Assembly: GCA_046758505.1 (NCBI GenBank)
Contig: JBHIAH010000002.1
Location: forward strand, 1 to 64,000
Source: Candidatus Methylomirabilales bacterium
GTDB lineage: Bacteria; Methylomirabilota; Methylomirabilia; Methylomirabilales; CSP1-5
Direction: 5' to 3'
DNA: 64,000 nt
Part shown: positions 38,607 through 49,271 of the stretch, one piece after another
How positions within the stretch are numbered: position 1 is the first letter of the stretch
How the letters are laid out: every line of letters begins with the position of its first letter
The notes under the pieces: model-generated
Database searches by the model: none
Seen by the model: only the letters and a program-made list of their open reading frames with translations
Told to the model about the DNA's origin: nothing
Translations under genes and position numbers: made by a program

Positions 38607-39509
38607 ATGCTCGAGAATCTCACCCTCTTGTTCCAGGCCCCGATTCTGTCGGTGCAACTGCTCGTTGACGGCGTGCTGATCGGCGCCATCTTCGCCCTGG
38701 CCGCCTACGGGATGGCCCTGGTCTGGGGCGTGATGGACATCATCAATATCGCCCAGGGCGAATTCGTGATGCTGGGCGGCTACGTGACGGTCTTCCTCGC
38801 CGCCGCGGGGGTGCACCCGCTCCTCACCGTTCCCGCGGCGGCGGCGGCGCTCTACGTCCTCGGCTGGGTACTCTACCGCCTGGTCGTCTTTCGGATCGTG
38901 GACAAGGACATGTTCATCTCGATCCTGGCCACCTTCGGCATCAGCATCGTGTTGCAGCAGCTCGCCAACGAGCTGTTCGGGGCCGACGTGCGGACCGCCG
39001 AATCCGGCCTCGGCACCCTCTTCTTCGCCGACGGCATGGTGACGATCGGCGAGATCAAACTGGTCGCCTTCGTCGCCGCCCTGTTCCTCGGCGCGGCGCT
39101 AGTCCTCTTTCTGAAGCGGTCGCGCCTCGGCCAGGCGATCCGGGCCACCGCGCAAAACGCGCGCGCCGCCCGCATCATGGGCATCAACACCGACCGCGTC
39201 TATGCCACGACCTTTGGGCTAAATGCGGCGATCTGCGGCGCGGCCGGGAGCTTGGTGGTGATGACCTGGCTGGTCCACCCCTACCTGGGGCTCTCCTTTA
39301 CGCTCCGCTCCTTCATGATCGTGATCGTCGCCGGCCTGGGGAACCTGGCGGGCGTCGTCCTCGCCAGCTTCGGCCTGGGTGCCGCCGAGAATTTCGCGGG
39401 GTTTCTGTTGGGCACGGAATATCAGAACGCCTTCGTCTTCTCGCTGCTCGTGGTGATCCTGGTGTGGCGGAACTTCCGATTGAGCCGCCAACGGAAGTAC
39501 CTGAAATGA
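38607..39509 (+). CDS. livH: ABC permease, LivH-like
   Basis: GMALVWGVMDIINIAQGEF, GQAIRATAQN. Confidence 0.9.
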   Translation: MLENLTLLFQAPILSVQLLVDGVLIGAIFALAAYGMALVWGVMDIINIAQGEFVMLGGYVTVFLAAAGVHPLLTVPAAAAALYVLGWVLYRLVVFRIVDKDMFISILATFGISIVLQQLANELFGADVRTAESGLGTLFFADGMVTIGEIKLVAFVAALFLGAALVLFLKRSRLGQAIRATAQNARAARIMGINTDRVYATTFGLNAAICGAAGSLVVMTWLVHPYLGLSFTLRSFMIVIVAGLGNLAGVVLASFGLGAAENFAGFLLGTEYQNAFVFSLLVVILVWRNFRLSRQRKYLK

Positions 39510-40567
39510 CGGACACCACCCGGCACGTCCTCCCCTACGCGCTGATCGGCCTCGGTGGCGTGCTCGCCCCCTTTATCGCCCCGGCGTATCTGGTCCAGCT
39601 CGGGTTGCTCTGGATGATGGTCCTCTTCGCCCTCACCTGGGACCTCGGGGGCGGACAGATGGGCTACAATTCGTTCGGCAACGTCCTGTTCTTCGGGATC
39701 GGCTGTTATGTCCCTGCCCTGGTGCAGCGAGGGCTGTACTTCAAGGTCGAGGAGTATACCAATGTCCGACCGGAAGACATCACGTTCTCCCTCACATCCT
39801 CCCAGTACCTTGCCGGCCTCGCCCTCGGCCTGGCCCTCGCTGTGGTGATCGCGGTGGCCGTGGGGGCAATACTGGGCTCGGGCATCCTGGCGCTCAGGGG
39901 ACACTACTTCGCCATCGCCACCCTCGGTGTCGGGATCGCCGCGGGTGAGCTTGCAAACGGGTGGGACTATGTCGGTTCCGGCTCAGGCATGCTCGCCCCG
40001 ATCTACCCGGGGCCACCCGGCGCCAGCGAGGTCTTCTTTTACTATCTCTTTTTTGCCCTTGCGGTGACCTGCTTCTTTACCCTCAAGTGGCTGTACGCGG
40101 GCCATTTCGGGCTAGCCATCAACGCCATCCGCGACGACGAGGACAAGGCCGAGGCCATGGGCATCCACACCACCCGCTACAAAACAGTGGCGTGGTGCGT
40201 CGCGGCCTTCTTCCTGGCCCTGGCGGGCGGCGCGTTCGGCCATCTGAACAATTTCATCGACCGAGACGTGGCCTTCCCCGCCGCCACCTTCGGCGTATGG
40301 ATGGTGCTGATGGCGATCCTGGGCGGCAAGGGGACGATCTGGGGTCCGGTGATCGGCGCGGCGGTCTTCCACGTCACGCAGGAGCTCACCTGGACCTATC
40401 TGTTCGGCTGGCAGCGGGTGGCCCTCGGCGCGCTCATCGTCGTCATCGTGGTATTCTTCCCGCTCGGCATCATGGGATGGCTCCGCGAACAGTGGCCCGA
40501 AAAGTTCGGCGAGAAAGTCGATCTCGAGGCCCGCACCGCGCCCGTCTCGCTTCGGGAGAGCCGATGA
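39506..40567 (+). CDS. livM: ABC permease, LivM-like
   Basis: LRGHYFAIATL, AIRDDEDKAEAMG, ILGGKGT. Confidence 0.9.
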   Translation: MTDTTRHVLPYALIGLGGVLAPFIAPAYLVQLGLLWMMVLFALTWDLGGGQMGYNSFGNVLFFGIGCYVPALVQRGLYFKVEEYTNVRPEDITFSLTSSQYLAGLALGLALAVVIAVAVGAILGSGILALRGHYFAIATLGVGIAAGELANGWDYVGSGSGMLAPIYPGPPGASEVFFYYLFFALAVTCFFTLKWLYAGHFGLAINAIRDDEDKAEAMGIHTTRYKTVAWCVAAFFLALAGGAFGHLNNFIDRDVAFPAATFGVWMVLMAILGGKGTIWGPVIGAAVFHVTQELTWTYLFGWQRVALGALIVVIVVFFPLGIMGWLREQWPEKFGEKVDLEARTAPVSLRESR

Positions 40568-41307
40568 GCCCGATCCTCGAAGTAAGCGACGTCTCCAAGT
40601 CGTTCGGCGGCGTCGTCGCCAACGACCATGTCAGCCTGAATGTCCCCCAAGGACGCATCATCGGTCTCATCGGGCCGAACGGCTCGGGCAAGACGACGCT
40701 GTTCAACTCGATCGTCGGCTACCACCCCATCGATACCGGCTCCATCACATTCGAGGGGCACACGATCTCCAAGCTGCGCGTACCCGAGGTCGCCCGCCTG
40801 GGCCTCTTGCGCACCTTTCAGCAGACCCGGATCTACGGCAAGATGAGCTGCCTGCAAAACATGGAGATCAGTCTCCCTCACACACACGAGGGACTGCGAA
40901 CCATGTTCGCCAAATTCTCGCCCGAGGTGACGCAGCGGGCGGAAGATCTTCTCGAGTTCGTGGGGCTCTACCCCAAACGTCACCTGCGGGCCGGGGAGCT
41001 GTCGTTCGGCCAGCAGAAACTGTTGGAACTCGCCATGGCCCTGATGAACGAGCCGAAGCTCTTGTTGCTCGATGAGCCGACGGCAGGGGTCAATCCGGTC
41101 CTGATCAACAGCCTGATCGACCGGCTCAAGCGCATCAATTCCGAGATCGGGGTGACGTTGTTCGTGATCGAGCACAATATACGCGTGATCATGAACCTGG
41201 CCGAGCATATCTATTGCCTGGCCCACGGCCAGTTGCTGGCCGAGGGTCCCCCCGATGCGATTCGCACCGATCAACGCGTCATCGACGCCTACCTGGGAGC
41301 CCAGTGA
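40564..41307 (+). CDS. livG: ABC ATPase, LivG-like
   Basis: GPNGSGKT, LSFGQQK, LLDEP, VIDAYLG. Confidence 0.92.
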   Translation: MSPILEVSDVSKSFGGVVANDHVSLNVPQGRIIGLIGPNGSGKTTLFNSIVGYHPIDTGSITFEGHTISKLRVPEVARLGLLRTFQQTRIYGKMSCLQNMEISLPHTHEGLRTMFAKFSPEVTQRAEDLLEFVGLYPKRHLRAGELSFGQQKLLELAMALMNEPKLLLLDEPTAGVNPVLINSLIDRLKRINSEIGVTLFVIEHNIRVIMNLAEHIYCLAHGQLLAEGPPDAIRTDQRVIDAYLGAQ

Positions 41308-42179
41308 TGGGGGACAGCGACGCACCGGCCAGGGAGCGTAAAACAGGCGACCTCGGAGGAGGCGACCTCGAGACCGTTTCCTCCACCGACGATGCGGGGG
41401 CCGACCGCCGGATCGTCCAGGAGGGGCCCACCCGGGAACGCCTCGCCGAGCTGACCGGCCACGAGGCCCTCCTCACGATCGACGGCCTGGTCGCGGGGTA
41501 CGGCAAGATGGAAATCCTGCACGGGATCGACTTGCAGGTCAGTGCCGGCCAGTCGCTCTGCCTCATCGGGCCCAACGGGGCCGGCAAGTCGACGGTGCTC
41601 CACTCGATCTACGGCTTCACCAACATTATGGGCGGGACCATCACGGTCAAGGGAACGGACATCACCCGGCTCAGCCCGAACGAAAAGCTCAAGGCCGCCG
41701 GCATCGCGTACATCCTGCAGGACAACTCCGTGTTTCCCGATATGACGGTCGAAGAGAATCTGTGGATGGGCGGCTTTCTGATGGACACGCGCGGCCATGC
41801 CAAGCAGGCGGCGGAAAAGGTCTTCGAGAAATACCCCCGCCTGGCCGAGCGGCGCCGCCAGCGGGCGGGCGTGCTCTCCGGCGGCGAGCGGCGCCTGCTC
41901 GAAATCGCCCGCGCCCTGGTCATGGAGCCCCTGGTCCTGCTGGTTGATGAGCCGTCCATCGGCCTCGAGCCCCGCTACATGGGTATGGTCTTCGAGGCCC
42001 TCCACGACTTGCAACACGGCCAGGGAAAGACCATCCTGATGGTCGAGCAGAACGCCAAGAAGGGCCTGGAGTTTGCCGACATCGGCTACGTCCTGGTCTC
42101 GGGCGAGATCGCCATGGCCGGCCCGGGCGACGATCTGCTGAAGGACCCCGAGGTCGGCCGCCTCTTCCTCGGCGGCTAG
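41307..42179 (+). CDS. livF: ABC ATPase, LivF-like
   Basis: GPNGAGKS, LSGGE, VDEPSIGL, VEQNA. Confidence 0.92.
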   Translation: MGDSDAPARERKTGDLGGGDLETVSSTDDAGADRRIVQEGPTRERLAELTGHEALLTIDGLVAGYGKMEILHGIDLQVSAGQSLCLIGPNGAGKSTVLHSIYGFTNIMGGTITVKGTDITRLSPNEKLKAAGIAYILQDNSVFPDMTVEENLWMGGFLMDTRGHAKQAAEKVFEKYPRLAERRRQRAGVLSGGERRLLEIARALVMEPLVLLVDEPSIGLEPRYMGMVFEALHDLQHGQGKTILMVEQNAKKGLEFADIGYVLVSGEIAMAGPGDDLLKDPEVGRLFLGG

Positions 42180-42200
42180 GGACGAGCGTGCCAAGTCACT

Positions 42201-42242
42201 AGTGGTGAGCCTGTCGAACCACTGGTACTGAGCTTGTCGAAG
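42201..42242. repeat. REP-like repeat (two TGAGCYTGTCGAA units)
   Basis: TGAGCCTGTCGAA and TGAGCTTGTCGAA between convergent genes; a related inverted variant at 17571-17597. Confidence 0.6.
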
Positions 42243-42244
42243 GA

Positions 42245-42757
42245 CTACCCACCCCGAATCTTCTGCGTCAACGCAGGCTCGATCCCCATGAGCCGCTCGT
42301 ACACCGTGAGTTGCCCTCGGTGGTACTCCTCGTGGGCGATTCCATGGTTGAGCCAGGCGAGACGAGTCCCCAACTCCCCGTCAAAGCGCCTAATCCTTTG
42401 GAGCATGTGCAGCTCGCCGACCTCGCGGAATTTCTTCTCTGCCTGCGTGAATTGCGATTTGAGCAATCGTAAGACGTCGGCCTTGCTCTTGGCCCGATAC
42501 GCCGCCGAGGCATACGTGCGGAGGAGTTTCGGCCAGGGCAGCCTGTGGAAGTTCGTGTCGGCACGGGTCAGCTCGCCGGTCATCATCATTGCCACCTCAA
42601 GAATATGAACGACGACTTCTTTCACGCTGCGGACCTCTGCAGTAGGTCGAAACGCGAAATGCCCGGCGGGAATATTCCGGACTTCATCTATCAGCCCCCC
42701 GCGGGTATCGGTCCAGGCCTCAAGGACCTCTTCCAAGAGATTCTTGCGCATCAGCAT
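42245..42757 (-). CDS. DinB-family protein
   Basis: FRPT..VRS...VVHI and HEEYHRGQL. Confidence 0.88.
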   Translation of the reverse strand: MLMRKNLLEEVLEAWTDTRGGLIDEVRNIPAGHFAFRPTAEVRSVKEVVVHILEVAMMMTGELTRADTNFHRLPWPKLLRTYASAAYRAKSKADVLRLLKSQFTQAEKKFREVGELHMLQRIRRFDGELGTRLAWLNHGIAHEEYHRGQLTVYERLMGIEPALTQKIRGG

Positions 42758-43090
42758 CCTTTGTCTCCACGGTGAAGGTTCTCAACTCCGTGTGAATTGT
42801 TTCCCAATTACCCTTCCGATAGTTTCCGCGCGGGAAAATAGGAATCGTGGACGCGGGTACGGACACCGGCCCTCAATGGGAGATGGTAGCGAAATGGATG
42901 GGTTGAGCCAAGAGAAAGCTGAGAACGCGGGATGCACGCGCGTCCCCTTCTGGAGCGTCGGTCCCAGGAATCCCCCATATCGCCTTCGGCGCGGGGGAGC
43001 AGACCGGGCAGAAGGTACCTTCGCCGACGCGGCGCCGGCCCCTCACAAGAGGGGGACTCACGGCTCGTCCGGTCGCGGTTTCCACGACGG

Positions 43091-43846
43091 TCAGAAGGGC
43101 TGAACCACCAGGGCGGCCGTGAGCTCCTCGACATCCACCGGCTTTGTGATGTACGCAGACGCCCCCGCCTCACGGCACTGAGTCGCCTCCTCTTCCCGAC
43201 GCACGGCAGTCACCATCGCGACCGGAAGATCGGGGGCGATTCCCTTGATCCGCCTGAGGGTTTCTATCCCGTCCATGCCCGGCATCATCATGTCGAGGAG
43301 GATCAGGTCCGGCCTGAACGTTTTTATGAGCTCGAGGGCCGCCTCCTCGCCGGTGGCCACCACGGTTCGGAACGCCGGCGTCTCTTCGATATTCCGCCTC
43401 AGCAGCCTGCTGACATCTCCCTCGTCGCAGATCAACAGGATCTTCTTTGGGAGATGCTGCTCGATCGCTTCCATGACTTCTTCCGGACTCGCCGGTTTTT
43501 CGATAAACGGACGCCCGCCGATCGTCCCTCGTTTCTTGGATTCTTCTGTCACCACAGCGGTGAAGAACACGATCGGCGTCTCTTTCAGTTCCTCGTCGGC
43601 TTCGAGCTGCGTCGCGACCTTGCCCCCCAGCACGTTAGGCATCATGAGGTCGAGCAAGATCAGATCCGGCCAAAACGCCCTGGCGGCCGCAAGCGCGTCT
43701 TCTCCGCGGTTCTCCTCTTTTACCTCATAGGCCCCGGTTTCCTCGAGGTTCAACTTCAGGAGATGGGTGAGATCCGAATCATCGTCAATGAGCAGGATCC
43801 GCTTCTTCTGCCTCGCGACAACCTCTGTCCTCTCGGGAGATAACAT
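43091..43846 (-). CDS. Double-receiver response regulator
   Basis: Two REC domains (ILLIDD/LDLMMP/KP and LDMMMP/TKP), no output domain. Confidence 0.9.
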   Translation of the reverse strand: MLSPERTEVVARQKKRILLIDDDSDLTHLLKLNLEETGAYEVKEENRGEDALAAARAFWPDLILLDLMMPNVLGGKVATQLEADEELKETPIVFFTAVVTEESKKRGTIGGRPFIEKPASPEEVMEAIEQHLPKKILLICDEGDVSRLLRRNIEETPAFRTVVATGEEAALELIKTFRPDLILLDMMMPGMDGIETLRRIKGIAPDLPVAMVTAVRREEEATQCREAGASAYITKPVDVEELTAALVVQPF

Positions 43847-43861
43847 CGCACTGTCCTCCGT

Positions 43862-44239
43862 CTATTGTGGTAGGTGCTTCTTGATCGATGCGAGCACTTC
43901 TTCTGCACTCGCTGGTTTTGCAATGAACGGATGCGCGCCGATCCGGCCATTGCGTTTTTCCGCCTCTTCTCGTGCCACCACAGCGGTCAAGAATACTACC
44001 GGCGTGTCTTTCAGCTTGTCATCGGCCTTGAGCTGCGCCGCGACGGTGGCCCCATCTATATTGGGCATCATGACATCGAGGAGGATGAGATCGGGCCTAA
44101 ACGCCATGGCGGTGGTGAGAGCCTGTTCCGGGCGGTTCTCTTCTCGTACCTCATAGGCCCCAGTTTCCTCGAGGTTCAGCCTCAGCAAACTGGTAAAATC
44201 CGGTTCATCGTCAATGAGCAGGATCCGTTTCTTCTGCAT
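43862..44239 (-). CDS. Single-domain response regulator
   Basis: ILLIDDE, LDVMMP, FLTA, KP. Confidence 0.92.
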   Translation of the reverse strand: MQKKRILLIDDEPDFTSLLRLNLEETGAYEVREENRPEQALTTAMAFRPDLILLDVMMPNIDGATVAAQLKADDKLKDTPVVFLTAVVAREEAEKRNGRIGAHPFIAKPASAEEVLASIKKHLPQ

Positions 44240-47200
44240 CGGCGTTGCCTCCTTCTGTTTTGAATGTGAGGGTCACGCGTGTCCCCCCCCCTGGCCGATT
44301 CCGGATGTCAATCGTCCCCCCGTGCAAATCGATAATTTTCCGCGTCACGCTCAACCCCAACCCGGTGCCTTCCCCGATCCGCTTGGTCGTAAAAAACGGG
44401 TCGAAGATGCGATCGAGCTTCTCGGCCGGGATACCGGTGCCGGTGTCCTCGACTTCGGCCACCACGACGGTTTCCCCGGTCCGGGACGGGTTGGTTTTCC
44501 GGCCACCGAAACCAGGGGCGCGTTCGGGGAGCTCCCTCGCATACGTTCTGACGGTCAGCGTCCCCCCGTGGGGCATAGCCTGGATGGCATTCATGAAGAG
44601 GTTCACGAAGACCTGCTCGACCTTTTGGCGGTCCAGCGTGGCAAGGGGGAGGTCCTCCCTCAGCTCCTTGACCGCGGTGACATGCGCCCGGATCAGCTCG
44701 TGCTTCACCAGCAGCAGCGACTCCTCCACCACGGCATTCATGGCCGAAGGCATGAGGTCCATCGCACTGGGCGCGGAAAAATCCAACAAGCCTCGGATCA
44801 CCCGGTCCGCTCGTCTGACGGCGTCGTTCATTTTTTCAAAAATCAGCGCAGCCCCTTTATCACCCGGTGACACGAGTTTCTTTGCGACGTACGCAAGCCC
44901 CTGCTGGATGATCGCCAAGGGGTTTTTGACCTCATGCGCGACTCCCGCCGCCAATCGGCCCACCGATTCCAATCGTGCGCTCTGTATCAGTTGGAGCTCG
45001 GTGGCTTTTAATTCTTCCTCGGCTCGCTTGCGCTCCGTGATGTCCCGCATGACGAGGATGGTCCCGGTCATGGATTCAGAGGGCCGAGGGTTGAGCGGGA
45101 ATACGGTGACGTCCACGAACCGGTTCGTGGCGGGGACGTGGGCTTCGAGTGAGACCGCCTCCTTTTTCCTCCAGGCTTCGCAATGGGGACACGGAGAGGA
45201 AATACCAAGCCGATCCCAGAGGTCGTGCCACGAGGTGCCCATGAGTGCTTCAGTCCGGGTTTCCCACCAGGAAGCCAAGGCATCGTTCGCGCGGAGCACG
45301 CTTCCCGGCTCGTCGAGCAGGACGATTCCATCGGCGATGGCATCGAAGGTGCTCTCCCACTCTTGTTTCCCCTTTGCGACCTGCCCGAAGAGCCGCGCAT
45401 TCTCCAGGGCAACGGCTACCTCATCGGCAAAGGCAGAGAGGACGTCCTGCTCTTCTTCATCAAACGCCTTGAGAGAGCGCCGAAAGACGTTCAGGCTTCC
45501 CAGACACTTCTCACCAACGAGGAGGGGAACCCCAATAAAGGCATGGAAGCCCTCAGCCCGATGCCACTCTCCGTTTTTGGCCCTCCGGTCTTTCTGGACA
45601 TCGGGAATCAGGAGGGGTCTTTTCTCGCGGACCACCCAGCCCGCGAAGCCTTCACCTGTCTGAATCCTGTCATGCCCCCTGAGATGAGAGTGGGGGGATT
45701 TATCCGCCTCCAGGCGCAGCGTCTCACCCTCCTTTTCCACCAGCCAGAAGTTGACCTCTGAGTCCTCAAAGAGTTGACCCGCCGCCTGAACCACCGCATG
45801 GATCACCTCCCTGGTGTCCAGGGCAGAAGCCACGACATGGCTGAGCCGGTTGAGGACTCGGAGCCTTTCGGCCTTCCGCTGGATGTCCTCAAAGAGGCGG
45901 GCATTGTCGATCGCGATGGCCGCCTGGGCGGCGAAAAGCCGGAGCAGTTTTAGTGTGGCTGGCTCCAGGGGCCGACGGCTCAGTTTCCGATCGGCCCCCA
46001 AGATCCCGATCGCCCGGCCGTGGACGACCAGGGGGGCGTTGGCGAACACCCGGGCGCGGAAGACCTCGATACCACTATACGGGGGCTTGAGCCTCAACCC
46101 TTCCGGCACGGGACCTCGGCCATCCCAGACGACCACCTCCTGGCTGAGGTAGGCCTGCGCCAGCCCCCCGCCCTCCGGTCCGATCGGCACGCGGATTGCC
46201 CCGAGCGGCTCGGTGATCCCGGTGCTCGCCACCACCTGCAGCCACTGCCCCTCCGGGTCGGCCAGGAGGATGTTGACGCGGTCCAGGTCCAACACCGTGC
46301 GCGCCGCGTCGAGGAGGAGGTCGAGCCGCTTGCCAAGATCCATCGGTACCTGAATCTGCAGGCTCGCCCGGTACAGTGCCTCACGGGTCTCCTCCATTTG
46401 CCTCCGTTCAGTGATATCGCGGGACACGCCCATGCCGCCGACAACCTTGCCGTTCGCGTCCCGGATCACCGACGCAGAAAGGTATGCGTAGAACTCCTCC
46501 CCATTTTTTCGCCTGTTCGTGACCTCTCCTGCAAACCGGCCATGTTTCATGAGTGCGGCGTTCACGCGTTTGCCCCGCGACGGGTCGGCATACAGGAGAT
46601 CGGCCGACTTGCCCAGCAGTTCCTCTTTGCTGTACCCGAAGGCCTCCTGAGCGGCACGGTTGAACTCCACGATATTCCGATCGACGTCCACAGAGATGGT
46701 CATGTCTAGGGAGCTGTCGATCAGGTTCTCTGCATAATCCTTGGCCACCTGTACATCCTGTTCCGCCCGCTTGCGTTCGGTGATTGTCTGCTCAAGCTGC
46801 TGTTTTTGCCCCGCCACCTCCCGGTAGAGACGGGCCTTCTCCAGGCTGATTGCGGCCTGGTCGGCAAAGAGCGCCATCAGCTCGCGCTCCTCCGGGGTGA
46901 AGACCCGCTGACACCGGGTAAGGAGGGAAAGGACGCCGAACACGTTGTACTCGGTTGCCAGGGGGAGACCCGCAAAGCTGCACAGCCCGGTGCGCTCGAG
47001 GAGGGCAGTATTCATCCAGCGGGGCTCGGCCCGGAGGTCGGAGACGAAGGCCGGCGCACCGGTCTCCCAAATAGCTCCGATAACCCCCTGCCCCTTGCCG
47101 ATCTGGCGGTACCCTATGGCCTCCAGGTCTTCCCGCCCATGGCTCGCCCGGAGATAGAGCGCCTGTGTCGCTTCATCCCCCACCCACAGCCGGACCAGGT

Positions 47201-48209
47201 CGGTGTCGAGAAGCTCAGCCGCCGCCCTCACAATCGACTCGGCGACCTCCCCCTGGTCAAGGGAGGAGGTCATCACACGGGTCACATCCGTGAGAATCCG
47301 GAGGCTATGCGCCCGCGTCTCCGCCTCGTGCATATGACGCGCATTCTCGATGGCGATGGCCGCCTGGGCGGCGAAGGAGTTGAGGAGGGTGAGCGCCTCC
47401 GGCCGGAACGAACCGGCCCCCCGACTGGCGGCGGCCAGGGCTCCGACCGCCCGCTCCCCCACGAGCAGCGGGACAGCGGCAACGGCCTGAATGCCGTTCT
47501 CCCGCGCCCAATTCCTTCCTTCGTACCGCGGGTCCGTCGCCGGCGAGTCCGTCACTAATGTCTCTTTCTGCTGGAAAGCCCGACCGACCAGGGACTCCCC
47601 GCTGCGAAAAGCCCGTACGGGGTAGGGCGTAAGGCCCGGGTCACCAGCCTTCGTGGAGATGCGGAGCACCTCTCCGGCGTCGTCCCAGAGCCACAACCGG
47701 GAACGGGTAACGTTCAAGAGGCGGACCGCCGCCTCGACAACGAAGTCCAAGACCTGCTGCAGATCAAGGGAGGCGCTGACGGTGCGGCCCAAGATGGCGA
47801 GGGCCTCTAGTTGCTCGGTCTTCGTGGTGAGGTCGTGCGCCTGTGTTCTCAAGGACTCCTCGGCCCGCCGGCGCTCGGCCATCTCATGCTGGGTTATCTG
47901 GTTCAAGGTGAGTAACTCGCTATGACTCTGGCTTAGTTCCCTTGCCAGGCTCTCTCCCCACTTGCTGCTGACCCACGCGAAAAGAGGAGCCAGCACCGAG
48001 ACCAGGGCGACTTCCACCACCGCATTAAAGGTCACGCCTTCCCCTTCCCAGAAAACCTCTGCCGCCTCCCAGAGGAAGAAGATAGCCCCCACGAACAGAA
48101 AGAGGAAACGGGCCGCGCGAAGCAGACGGACAATGTGCGTCAGTGACCGCTGTGGTTTTGGCTCACTCTGTGAGTTTGTTATCAGTTGGTTTTTTGCCTT
48201 GTCTTTCAC
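44211..48209 (-). CDS. Multi-sensor histidine kinase (2 TM, 4 GAF, 2 PAS, HisKA, HATPase)
   Basis: Four AAIAIENAR-type GAF ends, two DITER PAS ends, AHEVKNPL, DTGTGI, PFFTTK, GTGLGL; start uncertain. Confidence 0.93.
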   Translation of the reverse strand: MKDKAKNQLITNSQSEPKPQRSLTHIVRLLRAARFLFLFVGAIFFLWEAAEVFWEGEGVTFNAVVEVALVSVLAPLFAWVSSKWGESLARELSQSHSELLTLNQITQHEMAERRRAEESLRTQAHDLTTKTEQLEALAILGRTVSASLDLQQVLDFVVEAAVRLLNVTRSRLWLWDDAGEVLRISTKAGDPGLTPYPVRAFRSGESLVGRAFQQKETLVTDSPATDPRYEGRNWARENGIQAVAAVPLLVGERAVGALAAASRGAGSFRPEALTLLNSFAAQAAIAIENARHMHEAETRAHSLRILTDVTRVMTSSLDQGEVAESIVRAAAELLDTDLVRLWVGDEATQALYLRASHGREDLEAIGYRQIGKGQGVIGAIWETGAPAFVSDLRAEPRWMNTALLERTGLCSFAGLPLATEYNVFGVLSLLTRCQRVFTPEERELMALFADQAAISLEKARLYREVAGQKQQLEQTITERKRAEQDVQVAKDYAENLIDSSLDMTISVDVDRNIVEFNRAAQEAFGYSKEELLGKSADLLYADPSRGKRVNAALMKHGRFAGEVTNRRKNGEEFYAYLSASVIRDANGKVVGGMGVSRDITERRQMEETREALYRASLQIQVPMDLGKRLDLLLDAARTVLDLDRVNILLADPEGQWLQVVASTGITEPLGAIRVPIGPEGGGLAQAYLSQEVVVWDGRGPVPEGLRLKPPYSGIEVFRARVFANAPLVVHGRAIGILGADRKLSRRPLEPATLKLLRLFAAQAAIAIDNARLFEDIQRKAERLRVLNRLSHVVASALDTREVIHAVVQAAGQLFEDSEVNFWLVEKEGETLRLEADKSPHSHLRGHDRIQTGEGFAGWVVREKRPLLIPDVQKDRRAKNGEWHRAEGFHAFIGVPLLVGEKCLGSLNVFRRSLKAFDEEEQDVLSAFADEVAVALENARLFGQVAKGKQEWESTFDAIADGIVLLDEPGSVLRANDALASWWETRTEALMGTSWHDLWDRLGISSPCPHCEAWRKKEAVSLEAHVPATNRFVDVTVFPLNPRPSESMTGTILVMRDITERKRAEEELKATELQLIQSARLESVGRLAAGVAHEVKNPLAIIQQGLAYVAKKLVSPGDKGAALIFEKMNDAVRRADRVIRGLLDFSAPSAMDLMPSAMNAVVEESLLLVKHELIRAHVTAVKELREDLPLATLDRQKVEQVFVNLFMNAIQAMPHGGTLTVRTYARELPERAPGFGGRKTNPSRTGETVVVAEVEDTGTGIPAEKLDRIFDPFFTTKRIGEGTGLGLSVTRKIIDLHGGTIDIRNRPGGGTRVTLTFKTEGGNADAEETDPAH

Positions 48210-48269
48210 GTGTTCATCCCGCTCGTAGCAACCCGGTACCCCCTTGGAGAAGCGGACCATACCACTTGG

Positions 48270-48401
48270 CTACTCCTCAGGGGTGTCCCGCCATTCTTCG
48301 ACCTCGTACCCGGCGTGCGCCAGCAGCTCCCGGATCGTGCAGGCATCGCTGGGGTTGTCCGCAGCCACCAGGATCTCGATGGCGCTGCTGATCGCCGCCA
48401 C
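48270..48401 (-). pseudogene. Truncated receiver-domain remnant
   Basis: Manual translation: VAAISSAIEILVAADNPSDACTIRELLAHAGYEVEEWRDTPEE*. Confidence 0.5.
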
Positions 48402-48509
48402 GGCCCCCGCCAGGGTTTCTCCCCCTCCACGCTACTCTGTTCCACCGCCCCCTGCAGATTGGCGAGGGCCCGCTTTAGAATCGCTTCTCAGGCGGCCGCC
48501 CCCAAGGGC

Positions 48510-49271
48510 CTATTCGTCTTCTCCGGATGCACCCATTGCGGAGTCTGCCGCAAGTTTGCTCAGGAGGTGTCCATACTGTTCGAGATCGCTATCGTCTGCA
48601 AAGCGGAGGAGCCGGATGCCATGGGGGAACCTCTCCTCGCCAAGCGACTGAAGGTACTGCCAGATCACGGTGCCGTCGGCGGTCACCGGCCCATCGGCGA
48701 TGTCCAGCTGAAGGCGTACGACGGTGCCGGGCTCGAGTTTTTCCGGCAGGAAGAGCAGCAGGCCGCCGAGACTCACGTTCTCGGTTTCGCCCACGATCTC
48801 CCGGCTCCTCTTTGCCTCCGCGCGCACGAGGCACCGGACGGGAAGCGCCACCGGGAACCGGGAATCGTAGCGGCTCCGGTGCACCGCGGGGTCGGGCGAG
48901 GCCGCCACCGCAGCCAACTCGACCACCCGGACCAGGCCCTCTGCCCCGAAGGGCTTCGGCAGAAAGAAGTGGGCCCCGGCGCGAAAGGCCTTCTCGGTGT
49001 ATGCCAAGTCCGGCGAGCCCGTAATCCCCACCACGGGAATATCCTTGAGGCCGGGATCCCGCTTCAGGCGCCTGCACGTCTCGATCCCGTCGACATCCGG
49101 CATCATCATGTCCAGGAGAATGACGGCAGGCTGCACCGCCCCGGCCCTCTCAATCCCGGTGGGGCCATCGAGGGCGGAAAGGACTTCGAACCCCGCGCTC
49201 GTGAGCACCGAGGTGACCATCTCGCACACCCTGCGATCGTCATCAATAACGAGGATTGGGCGCTTCCCCAT
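48510..49271 (-). CDS. Receiver-PilZ fusion protein
   Basis: ILVIDDD/LDMMMP/KPF, then RYDSR and NVSLGG. Confidence 0.9.
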   Translation of the reverse strand: MGKRPILVIDDDRRVCEMVTSVLTSAGFEVLSALDGPTGIERAGAVQPAVILLDMMMPDVDGIETCRRLKRDPGLKDIPVVGITGSPDLAYTEKAFRAGAHFFLPKPFGAEGLVRVVELAAVAASPDPAVHRSRYDSRFPVALPVRCLVRAEAKRSREIVGETENVSLGGLLLFLPEKLEPGTVVRLQLDIADGPVTADGTVIWQYLQSLGEERFPHGIRLLRFADDSDLEQYGHLLSKLAADSAMGASGEDE

